From: an uncultured bacterium
GTDB lineage: Bacteria > Chloroflexota > UBA5177 > JANWHV01
Reading direction: 5' to 3'
NCBI GenBank assembly: GCA_963729625.1
Contig: CAVSOU010000008.1
Location: 928,001 to 992,000, forward strand
DNA: 64,000 nt
The position numbers and the translations under genes are program-made. Under the pieces are notes generated by a model. It was not told the DNA's origin. It saw only the letters and a list, made by a program, of their open reading frames with translations, and did not search any database. Positions 41,425 through 50,810 of the stretch are shown piece by piece. Positions within the stretch are counted from its first letter, which is position 1. Each line of letters starts with the position of its first letter.

Positions 41425-43938
41425 CTATTCAGAAACTGCCGCCACTGCGCGTCCGAGTAGCGCAGCTCCGCCTGTCGTAAACTCGTAGTAGCTGTACACC
41501 TGGCCGCGGGCTAGCCACTGCCAGCCGTCGATCGGCACCAGTACCCAGATGTCGTGCACGCGCCCTTCGCCGACTTCTAACACGCTCCCGTCCACGGGAC
41601 TGGTCGCTACGTCGGCGATCTCCGCCGCCTGTTGCGCCTCAGGACCCGTCAGTGGATCCGGCGTCCTGGTGAAGAACACACCCATCGGCCGGCCAAGCAC
41701 GGGCGAGGGATCGTGCAACAGGCGCTTCTGCGCCGCAGTCGGTCCCTTGCCCTGCAGCTCCTCCGTGGAAATGGCCGCGAAGGACTGCAGGCCGTCGCGG
41801 TAGACGCGCGCCGCCGCCGTCAGGGCACCGCGGTCGGAGCCCGGGAGGTGGCTGAGCAGACCGGCGGAGCGACTGACCGCCAGCAACCGATCGGTCAGCG
41901 CCAGCAAGTCCTTCCACGCGGCGGGAATCGGCTCGACGTAGCCGGTGCGGTAGATTGGCGCGGCGCAGGGGCCGCCTGCGCCATACCCGCCGTTCTGCGC
42001 GGCGTAGAGAATAGTGTCGTGCCGCAGCTCGGACCACGAGGCGAGTGCCGTCTGCAGCTCCTTATCGGCCCAGGCCGCCGTGTGCATCGCCGGCGGCGCC
42101 GCCTTCGGCATAGGCTGCGCCAGCGGCTTGAGCGCCGCCAGCCACTGCGCGTAGATCGTCGGCGCCTTCACGGCCTTCGCGAACGCCGGCGTCGCCTTCT
42201 TGAGCGCCGTCGCGTAGCGCGCCGAGGGTCCGGACTTCTCCGCGATCTGGGCGGCCCGCGGCGAGCCCAGCGCCGCCATCACGTCGAGTCCGCTCGGAAG
42301 ACCACGCGGATTGGACTTGGTGCCCACGTTCGGCCAGGTGAGCGCCGCCGCCAGGCTGCCGTCCGGCGTCTTGCGGGCCGGGAACAGCGACAGGGCACGG
42401 ACCCTGCTGAAGCCGGCCGTGTTCAGGTACGCAGGCGAGGCAAGCATGTGCACACGGCGCTGGAAGGCGGAGAGCTTCGACGCACTCCCCAGCGCGGCCG
42501 CCGAGGGCGCTTTGCCGTAGACCTGCTGCACGAGTCGAGCGAGATCGGGCATGGAGCTTCCCACCGGCTGGCCGATCAGCGTAGTGATCGGGTCGGCGAG
42601 CTGGTGCCAGCGCTGCAGCAGCGTCTGGCCGCCGGATTTCTTGCCGAGGAGCGCCGCCAGCAGTACCGCACGCTGCGCACCGGCCCGCGCCTGGGCGGGG
42701 GTTGCAACGTCTTTCTTCGCCTCCAGGGGCGCCTGCACCAGCGCCAGCCAGTTCATCGCTTCGAAGTAGGTCGAGAGATCCTGGGCGTAGGCGTAGTGGC
42801 CGCGCGGGGTGAACAGTCGGTAGTCAAGCGGGGCGCCCATAAAGGGGGATTGTGCCCGCCCACCGTGCCGGCTCACGAGCGCCACTTCCCGGGCCACTGC
42901 GCCGGTCTCTGCGCCCGGCACCGATCCCGAGGGAGGCGCAACGCCGAGGAGCTCGAGCGCCACGGCGAGGTAGGCAGCGTTCGACGCGTTGGCGGCAAGC
43001 GGGCCGGTTCCGCGCAGAGCTGACCGCTGGGCCTTGTTGGCCAGCAGCAGATCGCTCAACAGATTGGCCAGGCGAGGTCGCAGGCTGGACGACTCCGCAG
43101 CCAGCAGCGTGCGGTCGAACAGCACGTGGAAGGTATGCAGGCCGGCATCGATGGTGACGAACGAGGGAACGCTCCCACCTATATTCGCCCCATTGTTGTA
43201 ACTGCCACCGTCAAGGTAGAAATTGAGCGCACCGTAGCCCCGTGCATCGATGACGAAGCCGTTCCTGGCGAGGGCTTGCGGACGCGATCGCGTGGACGGC
43301 GGGTAAGAGCCAGTTACCTCTACGGTGCTCCGATCCACGGTGGAGGCGAGCGAGGCGGCGAACGGGCCGCCGATTCCCGCCTCCAGCGGTTGCGGTTTGG
43401 CGATCTCATCCGCGGAGGCCAGGTAAACGGGAACACGAGCATAGGGAGTGGCCGTATTGTCCAGCGTGTAGGTGCGCACGGTCGTGAAGCGGTTGGCGGC
43501 CGGCGCGGGTCCGCCCGAGCGCGGCGCGAAGGCAACACGGACGAATACCGTGGGCTGCAAGATAGCGCACGGGGCGCTCTCCTGACCGCTGGGAGGGAAG
43601 ATCACTTCACCCACCGTGGTGGAAATTTGCAGCACCGTGCCCGGATACTCGGCACGCTGCTGCGCGAGCCGCTGGGCGATGGCCGCCGCCTCCGCCGGCG
43701 TGGCAAGGACCGACAAGCACGCGGTCGACCCCGTGTCGAAGGTCTGCACCTCCGCCCGATCCAGCGAGGCGAAGAAGGCGCTGAGCGGGTCGAGAGTGGA
43801 CGTTGCCGGGATCCGGCAACTGCTCGCCGCCCAGGCTGCCGGCAGCGCGTGACTGCCGTCGAACGGGACCAGGCTCGTAAGTATGAGACTCGCACAGACT
43901 GCCGACTTCACAAGTCGCCGCATATCAGGCATTGCCAT
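41425..43938 (-). CDS. DUF3160 family secreted protein (C-terminal frameshift likely near 41470)
   Basis: FVTIDAGLHTFH, DY..FTPRGHY, YFEAMNW, LPSGLDVMAALG, WSELRHDTILYA, GYVEP, SYYEF; the expected RYSDAQW tail lies in another frame. Confidence 0.85.
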   Translation of the reverse strand: MAMPDMRRLVKSAVCASLILTSLVPFDGSHALPAAWAASSCRIPATSTLDPLSAFFASLDRAEVQTFDTGSTACLSVLATPAEAAAIAQRLAQQRAEYPGTVLQISTTVGEVIFPPSGQESAPCAILQPTVFVRVAFAPRSGGPAPAANRFTTVRTYTLDNTATPYARVPVYLASADEIAKPQPLEAGIGGPFAASLASTVDRSTVEVTGSYPPSTRSRPQALARNGFVIDARGYGALNFYLDGGSYNNGANIGGSVPSFVTIDAGLHTFHVLFDRTLLAAESSSLRPRLANLLSDLLLANKAQRSALRGTGPLAANASNAAYLAVALELLGVAPPSGSVPGAETGAVAREVALVSRHGGRAQSPFMGAPLDYRLFTPRGHYAYAQDLSTYFEAMNWLALVQAPLEAKKDVATPAQARAGAQRAVLLAALLGKKSGGQTLLQRWHQLADPITTLIGQPVGSSMPDLARLVQQVYGKAPSAAALGSASKLSAFQRRVHMLASPAYLNTAGFSRVRALSLFPARKTPDGSLAAALTWPNVGTKSNPRGLPSGLDVMAALGSPRAAQIAEKSGPSARYATALKKATPAFAKAVKAPTIYAQWLAALKPLAQPMPKAAPPAMHTAAWADKELQTALASWSELRHDTILYAAQNGGYGAGGPCAAPIYRTGYVEPIPAAWKDLLALTDRLLAVSRSAGLLSHLPGSDRGALTAAARVYRDGLQSFAAISTEELQGKGPTAAQKRLLHDPSPVLGRPMGVFFTRTPDPLTGPEAQQAAEIADVATSPVDGSVLEVGEGRVHDIWVLVPIDGWQWLARGQVYSYYEFTTGGAALLGRAVAAVSE

Positions 43939-43951
43939 TCCTCGCTTTCAA

Positions 43952-45400
43952 TTACCGCGCGCCGGCGGGCTGGACGGCGGCTGCCGCGACGCCCCTGGCG
44001 AGCGGCGTCAGCGTGTGCCCTGCCAGCGAGTAGCGGTACACGTCGGCGGTGTCACTGCCCCTGGGCTTGGGCGCCACGATCAGGTAGCGATTGTCCGCCG
44101 TGAACTGCAGCGACATCATGGGCCAGCCGCTCAGGCTCACCGCCCTTAGCCGCCCTGCTCCCCTCGATCCTATGCTGCCGATTTGCACCGTCGTCGTGGC
44201 CGGAAACGGCGACGCAAAGGCGAAGGTGGCACCGCTCGCACTCCAGGCTGTGATGTAGCGCCCCACATACACGCCCATGTACTCCGCGTGTATCTGTTCG
44301 GTCTCGAGCACGGTCCGCTTGCCACTCGCCGACTCCAGCGCGATTCGCGCGGGCGAGGTGTCTTTCGTTCCCATGGCTGCCTCTCCCGGTGTCTCGCTCT
44401 GCACGAGCGCATATCTGCCGGTCGGCGCGACGGAGAGAAGCGGCAGCGCGCCGGATTTGGCCGCGCCTTCGCCGATCGCGTGCGTTACCTTGCCTTGCGC
44501 GTTCAGCAGCCAGCGGTCGTACAGGTAGCCGCTGCCGGCCGGGTTCTTCGCCCACGTGCTATTGTCATAGGTATCCTCGTAGTCACCCAGAGGGGTCACG
44601 GCGCGCGTCCGCATCGAGTACAAAGCGGCCTGCCCGAAGCAGCCCTGGTCGTGGAGGCAGTTCCCGTAGCGATGCAGGGCAATGTAGCGGTCGTCGGGAG
44701 ACCAGCTATCGGGAGGGCCGTAGTAGGACACTGCAACGGTCCGGCCCGTGGCAATATCGAAGACGGCGGTGGATGAGTTGACCGGAGGCGTATCCCGGCT
44801 ACTGTAGTTGGAGGCGCCGGCGGCGATCGCCAGGCGGTTGCTGTCGTGTGCCCACACCGCGACAGCATCCCCCATGGAGAGATCGTTCGCGAGTAACCGG
44901 ATGTGCCCGGACTGCTGGTCCCATAGCCAGAGGCTTGTGGTGGGCACCTTGGTGAATATCTCACCCCGGCTATAGGCGAGATAGCGCCCGTTCGGCGACC
45001 ACTCGAGCGGCCATAGGCACGGCCCGGTCCCATCCGGACACGAATCCGAGAACAGAGAGTGAAGCCTGCCTGTCGCGACGTCAAGCACGGCGAGCCGGTA
45101 CGTCTGCCCCAAGATCGTGTCACTCTCAGCGCTGATCGCCAGGTCACGGCCGTCCGGCGACCACGCGATCGACGTCACAGGCCAGGGCGTCGCGAACACT
45201 CGCGCCTTGCCGCCGGCGATCGGCTGCAGGTAAAGCCCCCGGCCCTTAGCATAGGCCAGCACCTGGCTCTTCGTGTCACCTCGCACCGGTCCGGCACTCG
45301 CCGCCAGGCCTTCGGCATGCACGTGCCATTGCGGCGCGGCAATGGTCGCGAGGATCCAGAGCAGAGTCGTCCGCCACCGCCATCGTCTTCCCATCTTCAT
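43952..45400 (-). CDS. Secreted TolB/PD40-like beta-propeller protein
   Basis: Signal peptide; WSPDG, WSPNGRYLAY, WAHDSNRLA, WSPDDRYIA blades; paralog of the 39-40 kb domain. Confidence 0.8.
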   Translation of the reverse strand: MKMGRRWRWRTTLLWILATIAAPQWHVHAEGLAASAGPVRGDTKSQVLAYAKGRGLYLQPIAGGKARVFATPWPVTSIAWSPDGRDLAISAESDTILGQTYRLAVLDVATGRLHSLFSDSCPDGTGPCLWPLEWSPNGRYLAYSRGEIFTKVPTTSLWLWDQQSGHIRLLANDLSMGDAVAVWAHDSNRLAIAAGASNYSSRDTPPVNSSTAVFDIATGRTVAVSYYGPPDSWSPDDRYIALHRYGNCLHDQGCFGQAALYSMRTRAVTPLGDYEDTYDNSTWAKNPAGSGYLYDRWLLNAQGKVTHAIGEGAAKSGALPLLSVAPTGRYALVQSETPGEAAMGTKDTSPARIALESASGKRTVLETEQIHAEYMGVYVGRYITAWSASGATFAFASPFPATTTVQIGSIGSRGAGRLRAVSLSGWPMMSLQFTADNRYLIVAPKPRGSDTADVYRYSLAGHTLTPLARGVAAAAVQPAGAR

Positions 45401-45483
45401 CTCCAGTTGTCACTTTGCTTAGCCGAAGTAGCTGTATCGGTGATTGCTGCACCGTGAACGCGTCCTGCGCTCCAATCGGGCAC

Positions 45484-45517
45484 AGCATAGCAGCCTAGCA
45501 TTAGGCGAGCGTTAGGC
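45484..45517 (-). promoter_or_regulatory. Tandem-repeat promoter element, copy 12
   Basis: Minus strand GCCTAACG-ctc-GCCTAATG-ctaggc-TGC-TATGCT upstream of CDS 45400. Confidence 0.88.
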
Positions 45518-45857
45518 GGCTTCGATAATCGAACGTCTCCAAGCAGGGCACGACTGGGCAAGTGCCGCCCGCGACGATTACTCTGGCGTGCACAGCCCGT
45601 TGACAGGTGATGGCCGGGCACTCGCACGGTATCTGTTACCCGCGTCGGCGCCGCGATCTGCGGCTCACGCGCAGCCTGGCTTGTCGCTCGCCATGACGGG
45701 CTCCGGATCTTGCCAACCCTTGGCGGAGCTGTGCGCGACCCGCGCTACCGCAGGCACATGCTGATAGCCGAGCGCTACACCGGCACAAACTGCCAGATCT
45801 GCCCGCTCGCTCAACGCGTGTACGCGGCTCCGTCGATTGGGCCAAGGCCAGCGCCGC

Positions 45858-45891
45858 GCCTAACGGCTGCCTAATGCCTCCGCGCTATAGT
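45858..45891 (+). promoter_or_regulatory. Tandem-repeat promoter element, copy 13
   Basis: GCCTAACG-gct-GCCTAATG-cctccg-CGC-TATAGT upstream of CDS 45953. Confidence 0.88.
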
Positions 45892-45952
45892 AGTCTTCAG
45901 CTTGGTCGTACGGACCAAGGTTGGGCTGTAGTGTCGAGCAAGGAAACTGAGC

Positions 45953-47813
45953 ATGATCAATTCGCTGAGCACGAGATCACTGTGCCGCGCCGCCTCGCTA
46001 TTGCTTCAACGTGTCCACTCCGCAGCGTTGCATCCGGATGTGCGCACACCTGCTGCGTGGCAACGCGAGCACCCGTGTTACGCGGCAACAAGACGAGGCT
46101 TGGCCGTCGCGGCAGTAGTCAGTGTAGTATCGATTGCGTCTGCTTCAGCACCTACCGGCGCAGCATTCTCCAGCACCGCCGATGCCAGCGCGGGCCAGGC
46201 ACGGAGTAAAGCGCCCTCGGTCACTGTCATTTCAATCAGCACGAGAACCAAGAGCTTCGATTTGCTGGGCAGCACGCAACTGCCACCGAATTGGACGTTA
46301 CCCGCCTACAACGACGCCGCGTGGGATGGGATGACGCCGGTGTCCGCAGATGTCCGCACATGCGTGAGCCAGAACATCGGCGCCTGGCACAACCTTCCCA
46401 CATATTGGGGCGCGTCACCGACTGAAACGTATCTGCTGCGGCAGAGCTTCATCCTCCCGGCGGCCAAGAGCTACTCGGGCAGCCGGATTACGGTAGGGAT
46501 TGACACCTACGTTTTCAGCGGGTCGACCGACACGATTTACGTCAACGGCACGCAAGTGGATCAGCCGAGTCACGAGTTCCTGCAGTCGTACGACATCGGC
46601 CAGCTGCTAGTGGCCGGCAGGAACGTGCTCGCCATCTACGCCAACCCCGCGAGGGACAGCCACACGCGTTTCAACGCACCCTGCAGTGCGGCTACCTTCC
46701 GCATCAATGTCGTTACTGGCAGCGCACGCGGGCACGTGATCGTTCCAAGTACCGCTGGCAAGGTACTCCGCTTCAGCATCAACTCCTCGACCAGAAGCTT
46801 CGATCTCTTGGCAGGAAGTCAACCCCCCCCAAACTGGACTAGCCCGATCTACAATGACGCCGCTTGGCAGAGCATGAGGCCGGTAACCGCAGACGTGCAA
46901 GCGTGCGTGAATCAGAACGTGGGTGCTTGGAACACTTACCCGAGTTACTGGGGCCAGATGCCCACAGAACCCTACCTACTCCGCCATACGTTCTATTTGC
47001 CAAGAGCCAAAGGCTACGGCGGCAGCTTCATCGTCGTAGGTGTGGACACCTACAACTTCAACGGCGCAGCCAATACCATATTCGTCAACGGCACGCAGGT
47101 TGACCAGCCGGGTCACGAGTTCCTGCGAGCTTACGATATCGGCCAACTGCTTTTGCCGGGCAAGAATGTGCTGGCCGTCTATGCAAGCCCATCCGCCGAC
47201 AGTCACTCACGGTTCGGCGTGCCTTGCAGTGCTGCCACGTTCCGGATCAATGCCGTGGCTGTCCAGCCTGGACCAGCGCCAACCGTGCCAACGTCGACGA
47301 GCCGCGTGGTTCGCATCGCAATCGGCCCCAGAACAAAGAGCCTTGACCTTGCGCCGGGCACGCAGCTACCAACCAACTGGATGGAAGTGCGCTACGACGA
47401 CTCCGCCTGGACGGGACTGCAGCACGTCACGGCGGACGTCCAGTCCTGTGTTCCAGCAGAACATCGGTGCATGGCAGCCGCTGCCGGGATACTGGGGCTC
47501 GGCTCCAACTGACGCATATTTGCTGCGCCAGTCGTTCAACTTGCCGGCTGCGAAGAGCTACGGAGGGAGCTTCCTCGTGGTCGGCATCGACACCTATAAC
47601 TTCAATGGCGCGGCAGACCCCATCTTCGTCAACGGTGCACCGGTGGACCAGCCGGGCCACGAGTTTCTACGGGCCTACGACATCGCCCAGCTTCTTGCAC
47701 CTGGCAAGAACGTTGTGGCTATCGACGCCAATCCAGCTTCCGACAGTCATTCGCGCTTCAACGTGCCGTGCAGTGCGGCCACGTTCATGCTGGATGCGGT
47801 CGTGACGCACTAG
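45953..47813 (+). CDS. Secreted protein with three tandem galactose-binding-like (GH2 sugar-binding-like) beta-sandwich repeats; +1 frameshift near 47451
   Basis: Three ~180-aa repeats: NW....YNDAAW...YW...YLLR..F.LP...D...IFVNG..VDQP.HEFL..YDI..LL..G.NV.A. Confidence 0.72.
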
Positions 47814-48090
47814 GAGCGGGGCACGGCTGTGCAGGCTGCGCCGTTTAGCGACAGCGAACATAGCGTCGCCTTGGGCCGTTGCGCGACTCCGCGTTGACGG
47901 GCTCTCGATACATCGCCCTACAAGAGCCTTGACATAGAGAGAGTCGGATCAGGTCCAGACGCGCCGGCGTGGAAGTAGCTGGACCAGCTACAAGCAGGCA
48001 ACGAGGTGGACGGCTATGCGAGCGATGTGCGAGCCGTACTTCCTCGCCCCGGCATCGACGCCAGCGCCGCGATGCAAGGCGGGCTCACCG

Positions 48091-48210
48091 CCGGCCAGCG
48101 ATTCAGCATGCTCATATGGTTCACCGACTGGCATCTCTCGGGGGAGCCGTCCACCACGTTCAGGGTCTGAGAACGGCAAGCCGACCCCAGGGATACTCGA
48201 CGGCCCGCGA
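48091..48210 (+). repeat. Diverged dispersed repeat, copy A (copy B at 50052-50172)
   Basis: Shared core CACCGACTGGCATCTCTCGGG...TCCACCACGT; colinear over about 120 bp. Confidence 0.75.
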
Positions 48211-48212
48211 TG

Positions 48213-49525
48213 CAATCGCCATCTCCCACGGCCAGGCAGCGGTCGGCGCTGAGGCAGGCGATGCCACGCAGAGCGTTGCCGGTGCCGGAAGACTGGGTGC
48301 TCCAGGACCTGCCGCCGTCGCTGCTCGCCAGGATGCTGCCATTTCTTTCCACAACCAGGCAGCGGTCGGCGCTGGGGCAGGCAATGCCAGACAGATCATT
48401 CGCGGCGAGGTAAGGCTGGCTGCTCCAGGACCTGCCGCCGTCGCTGCTCGCCAGGATGCTGCCATTTCTTTCCACAACCAGGCAGCGGTCGGCGCTGGGG
48501 CAGGCAATGCCAGACAGATCATTCGCGGCGAGGTAAGGCTGGCTGCTCCAGGACCTGCCGCCGTCGCTGCTGGCCAGGATGGTGCCGCGATCTCCCACAA
48601 CCAGGCAGCGGTCGGCGCTGGGGCAGGCAATGCCACGCAGACTGTTTCCTTGAGGTAGGGGGTTGCGCCATGCCCACAAGGCGCTTGTCCACACAATCGC
48701 CACCCGTGCGGAGCTCGCGGCAAGCGCGCCGCCGTCACGCACCTGCGCTGCGAGACTGGCCTGCTTGTCGGTTTTCAGGGACAGGTGAGCACTGCAGGAC
48801 GCTGTGTGCCCGCAATCCTTGATCGCTTGGCCGGAGGCCGTGTCCACGATCGCAAGCGTGTAGCGAGAGAAGTCGATGGCCTCATTGGCGCGCGCGACGA
48901 GTGTGACCGTGCCCCCCGGGCGGACCTGAGTCCTGTCGGTTGTAAGCTGCAAGTTCCAGTCCCGCCATGCCACGGGAACCGTGTCCGAGCGCGCCTGGTC
49001 GCCGATGGTCACGACGAAGCTCTCACTGGTCGGCTTGACGCGCATCGCGGTAGCGATGCATGTGCTGCCTTGCTGGCATACGGCCACCTGGGCGCCGGTA
49101 TCGAGGTCCTTGATCGTCATGAAGTGGGCGGAGCCGTCCACGCGCTTGTTCGCCTGAGCCGTCAGGCGCACTGCCGATCCGGTGCCGACGGACGACCAGT
49201 CTGCCTTCAGCGAGATCTGCCAGCCGGCATTCCGGTTTTGCACGACGAAGTACGCTCCCACGGCTAACAACGTAACGACTACCAGGGCAATCATCAGTGT
49301 GCGAGAACCGAGCTTTGGTGGGGTCGCGACAGGGCCTGCGGCGATACCGGGCTCGGCCGGCGCGCCTTCACTAGTTGCGGCGCCGGCAGCCTGGAGCCCC
49401 GTGCTCGCCGCGCCCTGCTGCTGCACCGCTGGTCTTTCTGGCCCGGCGTTCGCCACTTGCCGGCCACACGACCCACAGAAGAGGGCGGCTTCAGGCAGCC
49501 GTGCTCCACAGTTGCTGCAAATCAT
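48213..49525 (-). pseudogene. Zinc ribbon, TM, two Ig-like domains and BNR/YCF48-like blades; truncated at the 3' end
   Basis: CSNCG...FCGSCG; TM helix; two W...L..D...V..G..V.L.A.AN...D domains; only four blades before running into the dispersed repeat (ORF stop at 48014). Confidence 0.75.
48300..48635. repeat. 123-bp intragenic tandem repeat (41-aa blade), about 2.7 nearly identical units
   Basis: TCCAGGACCTGCCGCCGTCGCTGCT starts at 48301, 48424 and 48547. Confidence 0.92.
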
Positions 49526-50051
49526 GTCTGGTCCCTTGCCCGGTTACGGCTCGGCGCGGTGACCTCACCGGACCTGGCGTGCGCCCGACTCGATTGCCCA
49601 AGTGACGCCGACCGCATCGCCGAGACGGTGATGCCTCGGTCCGCTGCCCGCGCGATGTGCCCAACGTGACATCGCTGGGCCGCCCCCCAGCCGCAGCACG
49701 AACTGGCCGCGAGAGCGTCCTCCAGCCCGCATTGTGCACTTCGAGCGGTCGGCGTTGCTGAGATTTGCGGCCCCCCGGGCCAGGCCATGCGCATGCAGCT
49801 ACGTGCCGGTACGAAGCCAAGCAGCACGCGCAGCCGGCCGAAAGAGGCATTGGTCACATGTGTCGGGAGCAACGGACTCGAATGTTTGCCCGCGCATCAT
49901 TCTCAACTCCGAATCTCTATCGAGGCTGAAGCTATGCAGAATCTTCCCGAGCGCGGCCGGTCGCTTCCTGCCCGCGTGGTCGTCGCCCCCGCCCGCGGCC
50001 CGGTTCAGCTCGAGCGCTCCGGCAACGATCCGGCCCAGCGACTCGTCCGCT

Positions 50052-50172
50052 CCGGCCAGCGCTTCAACGTGCACGTCTGATCCACCGACTGGCATCTCTC
50101 GGGCGTCTTGTCCACCACGTACGGTGTCCGAAAACGGCAGGCCAGCCTGCAGGGGCGAACGGCGGCCCGCAA
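50052..50172 (+). repeat. Diverged dispersed repeat, copy B
   Basis: See copy A; both read on + as stop-interrupted GQRF....(W/*).TDWHLSG..STT..V. Confidence 0.75.
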
Positions 50173-50395
50173 CGAAGTCGCGCATGCCTTACTCGGACAG
50201 GCAATCGGTGGTGGGCTGGCCCGCGTGGCACCCGGAGCATGCCGCTGGGCGTCGTCTCGAGCTTGACGCAGTTCCCCGCGCGGCCGCATCCTCGAGTCTG
50301 ACGCGACCAATGCGCAATGAAGCCGATGCCGCGCTCCGGCGATCGACGTCACCCACGACTTCGGGACGTCGGTGCGGCGGGTGACCGGAGCGCAG

Positions 50396-50743
50396 ATGAC
50401 TTCCACCCAGGATCCCATCGCCGCCGGAAGGCCATTGCTGCACGACGGCAACCTGATCGCCCGCGCGGGCGCGGATCTCGCTGCCCGCTTCCAGCTCGCA
50501 GACCGGCTGATCGTCGTGTCCGGCAGTGGCGACATCCTGCACCTGCCTCGGGCGGTCTGCGATCTCGCCGGGCAGGCCGTAGACAGGGCATGCGAAGCAT
50601 TCCAGCGCATGAGCCTGGTGAGCAACGAGCAGATCACGCGCTACTACGAGTGCTTCGCCGCGCACCTCGCACCGGACGACATCTGGACGGCGATCGCCGC
50701 GCTATGTCGTTGTCGCTTCGGGGATGAATCGGCGGCTACCTAG
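50396..50743 (+). pseudogene. Possible N-terminal fragment of a variant gamma-glutamyl phosphate reductase (ProA-like)
   Basis: LAARFQLADRLIVVSGSGDILHLP...AFQRM..VSNEQI..YY..FAAHL..DDIW..I recalls the extended N-terminus of some ProA proteins; recognised from memory only. Confidence 0.4.
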
Positions 50744-50810
50744 CTACGCCGCTCAGCCATTGCTGCCTGACGCGTACTGTCACAACCACGCCACGTGGAG
50801 TCCTGCTGCT

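Noticed and set aside
48091-50172. Diversity-generating retroelement TR/VR pair
   Set aside because: Differences are not confined to adenines and no reverse transcriptase is present
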